A DNA stretch of 64,000 bases from Verrucomicrobiota bacterium (GCA_021772635.1 JAJFLP010000113.1:813-64812), one strand, 5' to 3'; positions 28,157 through 38,010 are shown, numbered from the stretch's first letter. Notes: a model not told the origin generated them from the letters alone. Translations and numbers: made by a program.

Positions 28157-30244
28157 CTATAACGCGGATGCGGCTGTCGCAACCTCCTCTGCTGTGGCCT
28201 TGAAGATAAAATCAATCGTCCATTCCATTTTATTTTTGTCTCCAATCATGTCAGTCTCGCTTCGCAAGTCGCCGTGAGCACCTGGCGGAATCCACCACGG
28301 CACCCAGTTTTGTTTTCCGTCGTAAACGTCAGTGGCGTCAACCGAGTAAAAAGCGTCCTCCCCTAAAGTTTTCCGTTCGCGCCGAGTTTTATAAAATTCA
28401 TTGAAGAATTGATCACTCGGGTCATAGGTCTCCGGGTCTGAGGTGGCGACTGGAACTCTCACAAGGTTTTCCCAAAGATAATCTTCCGTCTCTTTGTTAT
28501 ACCAGAAAGCTGAATCAAATGCTGATACCCGAAGCGTGTTCTGAGTCAACCCCTCGTTTCCGATAGCCCGCATGAAATATGCGGGGAAAAATACCGTCCT
28601 CCTTACGGTCGGGAATAGTTCCGGGTTTGACTCTTTCTTGAGTCGTCGATAGGTTTGGCGAAAGTCTAAGTAGGAAAGATTCGTAAGGGCCGTGTCAACT
28701 ATCGTGTTGCAAAAATCTACTGAAGAAAACAATACTCCAGGAAACCAATCCGCGTATACAGTTCTGCACCAGTAACGTGGCACCTGCGCGAACCATTGGC
28801 CGATTCCACTTGGATCAGGTTTCTCCAGTTGCGGATCAAAGTATCGATTATTATTGGCGGCCGCTTGATTGTTAATGAGGATCTGGCTCAGGGAGAATAA
28901 AATACCGTTCGCACTATCATGCCTGCTTGAAACAAACATTTTCGTCCCTATTTTCGCTGCTGTTTCAGCAAATAAATTCCCCTTCCTTCTTGATTCAAAT
29001 ACCACGTCTTTTGTCGTTTGTATTGATTTGCTTAATCCCTGTTTGACGGGACCAGCCAGAGATTGCACTCTTTGCACTAATCCGCGTTGTACCGGTTCAT
29101 TTGCGTTTGCGTCTGTATTCGCGTTTTCGATTTTGGTTTCGTTTGTGCTTGCGCTCAGAGATACAGGAACATAATCGTTGTTTGGATAAAGTTCGGTCGC
29201 GCGCATTGCCGCATTGAATAGAATCATAGAGTCGATATAAGGATGATTGGTGGCCCGGCCTTCCAGGTGACACTCGCGATGCTCCTCGGACTCGACAACG
29301 CCGTTAGAAAGATCGCAACCTTTGCAAATACTCGGCTCTAGAGTAGTGCCGCTTGGTGCCGAACACTCCTTAGTTGTTATACCCTTAACGGCGATTCCAT
29401 ATTCTTGAGCCTTGACCAAACGTTCGCATGCGTCGAAAGACGCTAGAGAAATCAACTTCGCACCGTAGCTATGGCCGACCGTGTGTAACTTATAACTTTC
29501 ATGAAATCGGCGGCGAATTAAATAATCCAAGATTGCGGACAAGCTAATTCGCGGACCATGCATCCCTGGCTCGTCGATACCAAAAGCTTCGCTGTATGAG
29601 TTAAAGATCCCGTCCTGCACCTGCTCTCTAGTCGTAAGTAAAGATAAGTATTTTGAACGCTCACCTTGCAAGCCGAAATAGTCCTGAAGATCCACTGATT
29701 TCGCACTGGCTCGCAATTTTCTTTCTTCTGTGATAAGTCTTCCTATCGCGATCTCAGATGCATTTTGGGTTTCTCCCCAACCGGTCGCGACCTGAAAAAG
29801 TGTATCCCCGACAGCGGCAGGCAGTTCAACGACACCGGGAAGATCGAACGGGTACATTGAGTTCAGCCAGTTCGTTAGGGGTCGGGATGCGGAATCCCAT
29901 ACAACAAAAATTACATAAGGATTAAAGGCGCGATCCACTGACTGAATCTGTTGAAAACGTCGAGTTATAGTCTCCAGGTACGCTTGCCACAGAGTGAACG
30001 ACTCTGCATGGGTAAAGTTCCATCCGTGGCTTATCACATAGATGTCCGATATCGGTTTTCCGGTTTTCTTCGCAAAACTTAATCCGAGCTCAAGCCGGGG
30101 TATTGGTGAATAGATCAGGTCATTAGCCTTATTATAAATGGCGTACGAATGCTTTAATCCCGCATCGCTTTGATGGGGATTGATGGTCATGGATTGGCAC
30201 CCGGTGAACAGGATTGTGAGCAAACAGAAGATCGTATAGCGCAT
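28157..30244 (-). CDS. Large lipoprotein with alpha/beta-hydrolase (GHSYG lipase/esterase) motif
   Basis: Lipobox LFTGC. Nucleophile-elbow motif GHSYG. 695 aa, otherwise unassigned. Confidence 0.55.
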   Translation of the reverse strand: MRYTIFCLLTILFTGCQSMTINPHQSDAGLKHSYAIYNKANDLIYSPIPRLELGLSFAKKTGKPISDIYVISHGWNFTHAESFTLWQAYLETITRRFQQIQSVDRAFNPYVIFVVWDSASRPLTNWLNSMYPFDLPGVVELPAAVGDTLFQVATGWGETQNASEIAIGRLITEERKLRASAKSVDLQDYFGLQGERSKYLSLLTTREQVQDGIFNSYSEAFGIDEPGMHGPRISLSAILDYLIRRRFHESYKLHTVGHSYGAKLISLASFDACERLVKAQEYGIAVKGITTKECSAPSGTTLEPSICKGCDLSNGVVESEEHRECHLEGRATNHPYIDSMILFNAAMRATELYPNNDYVPVSLSASTNETKIENANTDANANEPVQRGLVQRVQSLAGPVKQGLSKSIQTTKDVVFESRRKGNLFAETAAKIGTKMFVSSRHDSANGILFSLSQILINNQAAANNNRYFDPQLEKPDPSGIGQWFAQVPRYWCRTVYADWFPGVLFSSVDFCNTIVDTALTNLSYLDFRQTYRRLKKESNPELFPTVRRTVFFPAYFMRAIGNEGLTQNTLRVSAFDSAFWYNKETEDYLWENLVRVPVATSDPETYDPSDQFFNEFYKTRRERKTLGEDAFYSVDATDVYDGKQNWVPWWIPPGAHGDLRSETDMIGDKNKMEWTIDFIFKATAEEVATAASAL

Positions 30245-30339
30245 ATTCTAGACTCCTATGTCGATGGACAATTGATAAACGCCACGCCTTGATTGTGCTG
30301 CTCTCACAAATAATTTGTCCTGGCTTTTGGGGCGTGAGT

Positions 30340-30610
30340 TTTGTCTATTTTCAGTCCAGGCTCAATGTCATTCAGTTAAGGAATCATATTATTCGGGACC
30401 GTTGGTCCGGATGGCCGAGACTCTTCCCGCATGAGCGAGGATCCCCTCTGTGCGGGACGCTTGTGCGGAGAGGTCACGCTTCAGCGTGGTATTTCTTTAC
30501 CAGGAACTTAAGAACCACGCCCCGCGACTGCGTGGGCGCAAACTCCAACATGCGCCTTGAACGTGTCCCGTTTCCTTAACTTAATGACATTGAGTCCAGG
30601 CTGACACTGT
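30340..30610. mobile_element. MITE-like element with approx. 26-bp terminal inverted repeats (tccaggctcaatgtcattcagttaag / cttaacttaatgacattgagtccaggct)
   Basis: TIRs at 30353-30378 and 30574-30602 flank an approx. 200-bp GC-rich hairpin-rich core. A partial TIR-like match lies at 31133-31150. Confidence 0.6.
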
Positions 30611-30639
30611 ATAAGGAGAAGTCTTTTAACTAACCACGC

Positions 30640-30680
30640 AAGAGATATCGAACGATATTTCGAAAACTCGAACGCGTTCG
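30640..30680. repeat. Solo MITE end / hairpin (cgaacgatatttcgaaaactcgaacgcgttcggtata)
   Basis: Reverse complement matches the TIR tataccgaacgc.ttcgagttttcgaaa. Confidence 0.7.
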
Positions 30681-30699
30681 GTATAGATGCAGCCGATAC

Positions 30700-31104
30700 T
30701 CATCTGCCGCGTGACTGCCCGCCTTTGCGGCCGCCGCCGTATCCGCCGCCACCACCGCGACCTCCATGACCGCCGCCAAATCCACCGCGTCCGCCCGCGT
30801 GGCCACCACTACGTCCACCGCCGAATCCACCACCACCGAATCCGCCGCCACCGCGGTTGTCGGGACGAGAACGGGCCTCATTCACAGTAAGTTCCCGTCC
30901 TTTCAGTTCCTTACCATTTAGCGTATCAATCGCTGCCTGCGCCTCCGTTTTTGAGGGCATCTCTACGAATCCGAATCCTTTTGATTGACCAGTGTGCTTA
31001 TCTGCTATAATCGTGATGGAATCGATCTTGCCAAAATCTTCCAGTGCCAATCGTAAATCGTCTTCTGTAACCTCGTATGACAAATTTCCTACATAGAGCT
31101 TCAT
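30700..31104 (-). CDS. Glycine-rich RNA-binding protein (RRM domain)
   Basis: RNP-2 LYVGNL and RNP-1 KGFGFVEM, with a C-terminal GGGFGGG repeat tail. Confidence 0.85.
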   Translation of the reverse strand: MKLYVGNLSYEVTEDDLRLALEDFGKIDSITIIADKHTGQSKGFGFVEMPSKTEAQAAIDTLNGKELKGRELTVNEARSRPDNRGGGGFGGGGFGGGRSGGHAGGRGGFGGGHGGRGGGGGYGGGRKGGQSRGR

Positions 31105-31191
31105 TCTAGTTCCCCTTTTTAGTCCAATTTATTGATTTTCGAGAATAAGTGACATTGAGCTCACACCAGTCTAGCTGAAGTCAAAAAACTG

Positions 31192-31899
31192 CTAAGTTGC
31201 GGACATCGGGTTCTTGCGCCTGATATTCTTGAGATCAGCGACGTAGAGCCAATAGCTGGCACGTTTTGACTTCTCGTGTACTTTCGCTGGAACCGTGTTA
31301 ACCTTGAAACCTTCTTTCCGCAACCGAGCCTCAAAATTCTCGTCCTGCGTTGCAGACCAAAACACAGCGCGACCACGTGTTTTCAGGGCCGATTGAATGG
31401 AGCGAATTCCCGAAGTCGAATATAAGGCAGAATTTTTTCGGGCCACCATCGCGATAGGACCGTTGTCGATGTCCAATAATATAGCGTCGTACGTTTTCGG
31501 TTCAGCGTTCTGGATTACCCGCGCCACGTCTGCCGTTCGGATCTCTACCCGTTGATCTTCAAGCAAAGCGCCGTTTAACTGCTTCAAATATTCTCGATTC
31601 CATTTTATCACGTCCGGTATCAGCTCGACCACTTCTACTATCGCTTCACAATCGACCGACTCCAATACGCTTCGAAGTGTAAACCCAAGTCCGAGCCCTC
31701 CGATCAGGACGCGAGCAGCCACCCCTTGTTCCAGTTGATCAACACCAAGTTTTCCGAGCTGTTTCTCCGAGGCACTCGCCTTTGAACGCATCAACCCCTG
31801 ACCGTTAAGGGTTATCAAAAACTCCCCATCATGTTCGTAGAGAGCAAGAGTCCCGCCACCCCGTGTTTTCGTCTCCGCTAGCTTGATTTGTGGTTTCAT
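31192..31899 (-). CDS. Spermidine-synthase-family (polyamine aminopropyltransferase-like) methyltransferase-fold protein
   Basis: VLIGGLGLGFTLRSVL and ILLDIDNGP motifs. Start chosen at MKPQ with a GAGGGGG SD. The ORF track extends to 31953. Confidence 0.55.
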   Translation of the reverse strand: MKPQIKLAETKTRGGGTLALYEHDGEFLITLNGQGLMRSKASASEKQLGKLGVDQLEQGVAARVLIGGLGLGFTLRSVLESVDCEAIVEVVELIPDVIKWNREYLKQLNGALLEDQRVEIRTADVARVIQNAEPKTYDAILLDIDNGPIAMVARKNSALYSTSGIRSIQSALKTRGRAVFWSATQDENFEARLRKEGFKVNTVPAKVHEKSKRASYWLYVADLKNIRRKNPMSAT

Positions 31900-31999
31900 T
31901 TCAGCCCCCTCGGGCACATTTCCCTTTATAAAATCAGATTCACACTTCTGCACCCAAAATAGGCGGACATTCTGTATTCGTGTTATTCTCTAAAAACAC

Positions 32000-32989
32000 T
32001 TAACCGAGTTCAGCAAGTTCTGAGTTGACCCTCGAAATCTGAGTTCGCACGTCCTGTATTTCCTGACGCCAGTAATTTAGCGTGCCCCATTCCGGATTCG
32101 CGTGCAAAAAACCGCCATCACCGATTTGACGCGCGCACCATGCGCAAAAATGAATATAACGCATTCCGCGAAGGACCTCGATCAACTTCAGCTGGGAATC
32201 CGGAAACTCGAGGAACGTCTCGTAGCCTTCCGCGAAAAGATTAATCTCCCTGCGCACTTCGCTACTGCTTCCCGGAAGCAACATCCAAAGATCCTGAATC
32301 GCCGGGCCCATCGCCATATCATCGAAGTCAATCATAAAGAAAAACTCCCCTGGCCGGTAAATTAGATTTGCCAAATGAAAGTCGCCGTGAATACGCTGAA
32401 GCGGGACCTCTTCGAACAGTGGTTTCGCCAGTTCAATAAATTGCCGCGCGACCTCCTGGTACTCCTCGTCCAATGAATCCGTAAGGAAATTCCCTTCGAG
32501 AATATAATTGACATGTTCTTCGGTCACGATACCTGGACTCCAGGTAACCCGGGAAATAGCCGCCCGCGTCGCGCCGATTTGATGAACGCGCCCAACCATC
32601 CTCCCGACCTCAATCCAATCGTCGTCGAGTATCTCGTCGCAAGTCCGGCCGCCCTTTTTGGGAAAAAGGGCAAAATGCATCTTCTCCTCAAGACCGAGTG
32701 TGGAGCCGTCGCGCAGGACTCGTGGTGCGATGATCGGAATTTCGGCTTCCGAAAGTTCACGCAAAAAGTCATGTTCTTCCTGTAATGCCTCTCGCGTCCA
32801 TCGCCCTGGTCGGTAGAACTTGGCAACAATGCTCTCTCCGGCGGCCGTTTGTAATTCGTAAACCCGGTTAATGTAACTTGTGTACGGACGGCAGACGGCA
32901 CTCATGCGCTGACCGCTCGCGTCCTCTGCGACGCGGAGGATTGTCGCGGGATCCAGCGAATAAAAGTCAGAATCTTCTTTTTCAAAGTC
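32000..32989 (-). CDS. srkA: Stress-response Ser/Thr kinase SrkA (YihE/RdoA family)
   Basis: NRVYELQ, VAKFYRPGRWT, IHGDFHLANLI and GPAIQDLWMLL match SrkA signature regions. Confidence 0.75.
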   Translation of the reverse strand, partial: DFEKEDSDFYSLDPATILRVAEDASGQRMSAVCRPYTSYINRVYELQTAAGESIVAKFYRPGRWTREALQEEHDFLRELSEAEIPIIAPRVLRDGSTLGLEEKMHFALFPKKGGRTCDEILDDDWIEVGRMVGRVHQIGATRAAISRVTWSPGIVTEEHVNYILEGNFLTDSLDEEYQEVARQFIELAKPLFEEVPLQRIHGDFHLANLIYRPGEFFFMIDFDDMAMGPAIQDLWMLLPGSSSEVRREINLFAEGYETFLEFPDSQLKLIEVLRGMRYIHFCAWCARQIGDGGFLHANPEWGTLNYWRQEIQDVRTQISRVNSELAELG

Positions 32990-33014
32990 CATAAATATTG
33001 TGGTATCCTTCTTA

Positions 33015-33190
33015 TATACTGCAAGCAGTACAATTTTTCGACGACTCAATCGTGGTAGCGTATGGGATTCCGAGCAATATTTCTCTCCGTATTCTCGGAG
33101 ACCGCTCGTGCGGACCGCATAAGCGAGGGTCTCGGGTAATCCGGACGAAAACTCGCTGACGAATTATGATACCGACAGCGAAGGAACTAT
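33015..33190. repeat. Modular intergenic repeat beginning with palindrome tatactgcaagcagtaca
   Basis: The palindrome at 33015-33032 lies 25 nt upstream of the srkA start on the minus strand. Followed by the ccgtattctcggagaccgctcgtgcggaccgcataagcg and gggtaatccggacgaaaac modules. Confidence 0.8.
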
Positions 33191-33315
33191 TGACGTCAGA
33201 GATAGTTCCAGTAGATTCGTGACTGAGGGAAGGACTGCAAGCAGTCCATTTTTCAGAAAACGCACTTGAACATGATCGGTAAAAATTATACACAAGGAAT
33301 CATAATTTTCGTCTT

Positions 33316-34044
33316 ATGCCATATTCACAACTAAATTTAAAAGAAGCGGCTGCCTATCTTCATCTGAGTACTGATCAAATGGAGAAACTGGCGCGTGACG
33401 AGAATTTATCGGATAAATTCGTTAAAGATCAGCCGGTGTTTTCAAGGCGGGTCCTCCATGATTGGTTAAGCCAGAAATTGGTTGGCAGTAAAGCCGAGTC
33501 AATCGATCGCTTCGATAGCGCGGTAATCAACCTCGAAGAAATGTCGATCGAACGGGAAATATTGTTTCTCAGCCAATTCCTGACTCCATTCACCATCAAT
33601 CCAATGCTTGAAGCGAAAACGAAAAGCAGCGTTCTCCGGGAGCTGGTTAAACTCGCTGCGAAAAGTGAGTTACTAACCGATGAAGCCGAGTTGCTGCAGC
33701 TGGTCGGCGAACGCGAGGCCCTATGCTCGACGGGTCTCGGTCGCGGCGTCGCGATGCCACACAGTCGAAATCACTCGGATTACTTGATCCTCGACTCGTT
33801 TCTCGTTATCGCACGGATACCCGGAGGAATCCCATTCGGATCACCGGACGGAGAGCTGGTCGATTTATTTCTTATGCCGTGCGCGAATAATGACCGTCTC
33901 CACCTGCATATGATCGCGCGCATCGCGCTTCTCCTGCATAAAACTGACCTGGCGAATGAGTTACGCGACTGCGCGACTGCTGAAGAAATGGCGGACACTG
34001 TCGAAGATATCGAAAGGGTCTTTACGGAAGACAACGAAAAATAG
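33316..34044 (+). CDS. HTH DNA-binding domain fused to PTS EIIA (EIIA-Ntr/fructose-type) domain
   Basis: N-terminal excisionase-type HTH (LNLKEAAAYLHLSTDQMEKLARDENL). C-terminal EIIA_2 domain with the phosphorylatable His context GRGVAMPHSRN. Confidence 0.7.
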   Translation: MPYSQLNLKEAAAYLHLSTDQMEKLARDENLSDKFVKDQPVFSRRVLHDWLSQKLVGSKAESIDRFDSAVINLEEMSIEREILFLSQFLTPFTINPMLEAKTKSSVLRELVKLAAKSELLTDEAELLQLVGEREALCSTGLGRGVAMPHSRNHSDYLILDSFLVIARIPGGIPFGSPDGELVDLFLMPCANNDRLHLHMIARIALLLHKTDLANELRDCATAEEMADTVEDIERVFTEDNEK

Positions 34045-34125
34045 GGTGCCTGCAGCCGGATTTTCGAATCGCGCAGAATTGACCGCGTAAAATCTTCGAG
34101 AACTCGTTAGATATGACCTGCGAAC

Positions 34126-34710
34126 ATGGAAAGATCAGCTAAGAAAAGAAAGCGTAGACCTAATACTTCCGACGCGCGATTACTGTTTGTATCGATTATT
34201 GGACTCGCTTTACTATTCGTTTTTTTGATTAATTTGCCGATAGCGCAAAACCTGCTCCTGGCAGTTGATAAATTTACGGCATTCACATTTTCTACATTGA
34301 CTAACGCTTTCGGTTACGAGTCCCAATTGAGTGACATATTGGTGCGAATCCAGGCTGACAATACGACAAGGTCCGTGGTCATTGGTTACGGTTGTGACGG
34401 AGTGCTGGCTTATCTGATTTTGCTTAGCGCAATCTTGCCTTTTCCTTGCCGAAAGTGGTATAAGGTCATCGGCGCACTCGTAGGCATGGTATTTGTTTTC
34501 ATCATAAACCAAATTCGTTTGGCCGGGCTTACGGTCGTTCTGTTCAAATTGAAGGACTTGTCAGATTTTGAGTTGTACCACGTTGGGTACGGGCAGGTAT
34601 ATGCGATTGTAATGGTCTTCCTGTTTTGGTCTCTATGGGCATCTCAAGTCGTAAAACGAGGGCGACGCTCAGGAGATAAAATGCCGCGCGCGGCAGCCGC
34701 CGGCGAATAA
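34126..34710 (+). CDS. Small polytopic membrane protein, exosortase/archaeosortase-like core (tentative)
   Basis: Five predicted TM helices. Cys in GYGCDG and an NQIR motif resemble the exosortase Cys/Arg signature, though at 194 aa it is much shorter than canonical exosortases. Confidence 0.35.
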   Translation: MERSAKKRKRRPNTSDARLLFVSIIGLALLFVFLINLPIAQNLLLAVDKFTAFTFSTLTNAFGYESQLSDILVRIQADNTTRSVVIGYGCDGVLAYLILLSAILPFPCRKWYKVIGALVGMVFVFIINQIRLAGLTVVLFKLKDLSDFELYHVGYGQVYAIVMVFLFWSLWASQVVKRGRRSGDKMPRAAAAGE

Positions 34711-34711
34711 A

Positions 34712-34985
34712 TCTATACCGCAAACGGTATAATTTTTGGTCCGTATGGACGGACTCCGCTCGTGTGGAGAAGACTTTTAACCTGTCACCTAAGGGATTCC
34801 GAACGATATAGACTGCAAGCAGTCGAATTTTCGATCCCGCATGCGGAATCACGGTAGGCAAATATTTTAGAAAACTTGTCGGCGTGTGTCGCGTTGCGAC
34901 GACGTCGCTCACGCGAAAACCTGACTGGAGTTGGTATATTTTTATCCGGTATTCTGCTGGACAGCAGAACGGGGAATTAAACCCA
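34712..34985. repeat. Modular intergenic repeat (composite, approx. 270 bp)
   Basis: tataccgcaaacggtataattt, gtccgtatggacggactccgctcgtgtggag, agactgcaagcagtcgaattttcgatcccgcatgcggaatc and ttctgctggacagcagaac. Confidence 0.8.
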
Positions 34986-35020
34986 CTGGTGGGATTAACC
35001 CACTGCTCAACCGAGCACGC

Positions 35021-35665
35021 ATGACCAAATCGACCGATATGACCTATGACGTCGATAGCATCCTGTCGTCAAACTTTCCTTCTCGACGGCAGTTCTTAAT
35101 CGGGTTGTTCAAAGTACTTGCAGGGGTCGTGTCGCTACTCCTGGTGTGGACACAGACACCGATCGGAGACGCTGTTGTCGGATGTTTCAAGTCGACGAGC
35201 CGCGCCACGACCCGATTATTGGAGGAAGAAAAATCGACCGTTAAGGCATCCAATGTACGCAATGAGTTCGGTGTGTTGGTTGAGCGGAGGGAAGTACATG
35301 TTGTGCGGGACAATATTGAAGCGGAATTGAACCCCTGTTACTACTTGACAGTTTTTATCCCCGCGGTAATCGCTTTACTATTCCCCACGATATCACTAAC
35401 GATAACTGCGATTCGAGTAGGGCTGGGAACGGTCTTTATGGCCCTCTACCTTTACGGTGCGACGGTAATTTTTTCGTACCTGCAGTTTCACCGCCTGTTG
35501 CCGGAGTCATTCATGGCGGGCGTTCTCTTATCGCTTTCCTTCATCGTCATGCCAATAGCAAGCCTTGGCGGGGCTGTAATGTCCTACGGCTACTGGTGTC
35601 GACGCCGCGATAGGATTTCTGAGCCCTTCAGCAGCAAGAAAAAATCCGCGAGAACTAAACGGTAG
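35021..35665 (+). CDS. Hypothetical polytopic membrane protein
   Basis: Four or five TM helices. Start set at the ATG at 35021 because the upstream part of the ORF-track frame is repeat sequence. Confidence 0.45.
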   Translation: MTKSTDMTYDVDSILSSNFPSRRQFLIGLFKVLAGVVSLLLVWTQTPIGDAVVGCFKSTSRATTRLLEEEKSTVKASNVRNEFGVLVERREVHVVRDNIEAELNPCYYLTVFIPAVIALLFPTISLTITAIRVGLGTVFMALYLYGATVIFSYLQFHRLLPESFMAGVLLSLSFIVMPIASLGGAVMSYGYWCRRRDRISEPFSSKKKSARTKR

Positions 35666-35679
35666 CTTCGGTCCAGCGG

Positions 35680-36723
35680 TTAAGAGATCTGCTTCTCTTG
35701 CGCGGATTTACGCGTTTGTTCCGTTACCAATTGCTGCAAATGCTCGAATGACTTAAGGTTTGATGAGCCTTCAATGGCCTTTACGGCGATATCCTGAACC
35801 TGACTCGATGCTTTGTCCGCCTGTTCAGAAAGTATGGATAGACGTTTGTTTTGCTCGGAAATCGCTTGTTCCAGGGATTCAATTCGTGCCTTGAATACAT
35901 TGCGCTCACCCTCGAATTCCTTGGTCGACAAGTCTTCCCGATTTTTTGTTTCCTGTTTGATTCTCTCTGTTACTTCCTTGACGGCTTTGGTTACTTCTGT
36001 TTCAAGCGCCTTCGGAAATGTCTCGGCCTTCGCTCGCAGTTCTTCCAGTTCGCTTTCCCGATCGTTTAGGGTCTTTTCGCGCTCGGCAAACTCGACTTCT
36101 AATTGGTTTCGTTTCTCTTCGATTTCTCTTTCCAGCTTTGCTTTCTCGTCGTCAAACTTGTCTTTTGCAAGCTGACGTTCCCGATTATACGTATACTCGT
36201 ATTCTTCTTTTTCCTTTTTCCAATTCTCTCGAGTTGTTTCTATCTGTCGCCCCAGCTCTTCTGTACGCGAATTTAATTCCTGTTCCAGCGCGTCTTTTCT
36301 GGAAACCATTTCCGTTTCGAATTCGGCACACTTCTGATTCTGTGCTTCGAGCAGAGCGGCCAGACTTTGAGCGGACTTCTGAATCTCATATATCTCGTGA
36401 AGCTCATCCTCTTTTTCCTGAATCGCCCTTTTTATTTGAACATACTTGTTGATCTCCTGCTCCATTCGGTCTGACAATTCGCTCAGTAATCTGGCCGCTT
36501 CACCCTTTATTGAAGTCGCATTTTTCATGATGCTGTCCATGGAAAGCGAGTCCGCAATATTAACCGCTTGGAGGGCCTCTTTTTCCCTGACTTTCTCTTC
36601 AGGGCGCAATTCGGATTCCCGCTGTGCTTCGATCTGCTTTACTAAATCGCCGTAAGCGTCCAGAAGTTGTTGTTTAGTGTTCGAACTTGACACCTTTTTT
36701 GGTTGAACTTTTTTTTCAGCCAT
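35680..36723 (-). CDS. E/K-rich coiled-coil protein, function unknown
   Basis: Long heptad-like charged sequence. Start MAEKK at 36723. Confidence 0.5.
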   Translation of the reverse strand: MAEKKVQPKKVSSSNTKQQLLDAYGDLVKQIEAQRESELRPEEKVREKEALQAVNIADSLSMDSIMKNATSIKGEAARLLSELSDRMEQEINKYVQIKRAIQEKEDELHEIYEIQKSAQSLAALLEAQNQKCAEFETEMVSRKDALEQELNSRTEELGRQIETTRENWKKEKEEYEYTYNRERQLAKDKFDDEKAKLEREIEEKRNQLEVEFAEREKTLNDRESELEELRAKAETFPKALETEVTKAVKEVTERIKQETKNREDLSTKEFEGERNVFKARIESLEQAISEQNKRLSILSEQADKASSQVQDIAVKAIEGSSNLKSFEHLQQLVTEQTRKSAQEKQIS

Positions 36724-36740
36724 GGTACATATCCCTTTTA

Positions 36741-36947
36741 TATACCGAACGTCTTCATCCCGCATGCAGGATGAAAAATCGTTCGGAGTCTCTTACACAA
36801 TCATTTTGAAGTCGTCTCTCCGCATTCTCGGAGTCCGCTTATGCCGCCGGCACAAGCGGACTCCGAGAATGCGGAGAGAAATATCGTTCGAAATCTTATT
36901 CGCGGTGAGATTCAGGTCGTTCAAAACCTCAACTGCTTGCAGTTTAT
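36741..36947. repeat. Modular intergenic repeat with a long internal palindrome (ctccgcattctcggagtccgcttatgccgccggcacaagcggactccgagaatgcggagag)
   Basis: MITE end tataccgaacgtcttc. Roughly 60-bp near-perfect palindrome at 36826-36888. Confidence 0.8.
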
Positions 36948-37094
36948 TTCGTGTTCGATCAACAAAAACCTCTAACGCGGATTCATTAATAAGAAATTAG
37001 TGCTCTACCTTCCTTATTTAAACCCAGAAATAGCGAATCTTGAAAGCTGAGCAAGTCCCTGTTTATTCTCGCATGAGTCATAACAGATATTATA

Positions 37095-37586
37095 TTGCCG
37101 AATGATTCATTTTTCAGGAAATACCGTCACCGTCGATTACCCAAGATCAATTTCCATTTTCATGAACTCACGGTCGACAATAAGGCCGTTGTCCTTTTGG
37201 AAATTGGGGCTGCTTTTCGGCATCCGGTGCAGTTCAAGAATACAGAGTACATCCGTATCGGTTCGTATAAGAAGAAACTCAAAGATTTCCCCGAGAATGA
37301 GCGCGAACTATGGCGTGTATTCGATAAAACGCCATTCGAACAGGAGATTGCCGCAGAAAACGTGAGCTCCGATGAGTTCCTCCGCCTATTGGACTATCCC
37401 AGCTTTTTCGATCTTCTACAATTACCATTACCGGAATCGCGAGAAGGCATTTTGGGCGGATTGGAGGCAGAGGAAATGATCGGGCAAAGTCAAAGCGGCA
37501 ATTGGAATATTACGAATCTTGGAGCCGTATTGTTCGCAAAGAAACTAGCTGACTTTCGTACATTAAACGCAAAGCAGTCCGTGTAA
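37095..37586 (+). pseudogene. Fragment of an AlbA_2/Schlafen-like domain regulator, truncated at both ends
   Basis: YIRIGSYKKKL... segment resembles the distal AlbA_2 domain. The ORF stops abruptly where the rpsO 3' duplicate begins. Confidence 0.3.
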
Positions 37587-37587
37587 T

Positions 37588-37696
37588 TTAAGCCGCTTTA
37601 TGATGTCCAGATACCGCGTGTGCGCAGTGCGATTGAGGTACTTAGGCAATTTCCTTCGACGATTCACCACAGCAATAAGCCCACTTCTTGAATGGG
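37588..37696 (-). pseudogene. Duplicated fragment of the rpsO 3' end (approx. 109 bp, about 90% identity to 40232-40340)
   Basis: Direct alignment of ...gccgctttatgatgtccagataccgcgtgtgcgcagtgcgat.gaggtactta.gcaatttcc... Encodes an S15 C-terminal peptide, ...[24 protein letters not shown]. Confidence 0.8.
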
Positions 37697-37882
37697 AGGT
37701 ACAATAATCGGCCGAGCAACAGAAATTTAATGATGCAGGACAATGCGAGCTGCGCGTCGCACGGGTACTGACCGTCGGGCGATTGGACGACGATGTCGCG
37801 GCACCCGCAACTCTATCGTCGCAACAACAACGGCTGGACCAGTTGGAGCAGTTGCGACGCACCACAACCGAAGGACTGGGAT

Positions 37883-38010
37883 ATGATTATCCAGAACGAC
37901 TTTCGCGAGTTCTTGAAATTGCTGAAGGACGATGACGTCGAATTCGTGATTCTTGGCGGGTACGCGCGCCGGGACAACGATTCACCGAGCCCCTATCGCA
38001 AGAGCCAAAT
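37883..38010 (+). pseudogene. N-terminal fragment of a nucleotidyltransferase-fold protein (tentative)
   Basis: MIIQNDFREFLKLLKDDDVEFVILGGYA is a typical NTase-family N-terminus. The frame then runs into a repeat element and terminates. Confidence 0.3.

Noticed and set aside
30630-30890. Two ORFs (Ala/Val-rich and His/Arg-rich) overlapping the 3' end of the RRM gene
   Set aside because: They are mirror or alternate-frame translations of the GGC-repeat region encoding the glycine-rich tail.
35813-36175. Ser-rich 120-aa ORF on the plus strand
   Set aside because: It is the antisense low-complexity shadow of the E/K-rich coiled-coil gene (GAA/AAG repeats read as TTC/CTT).
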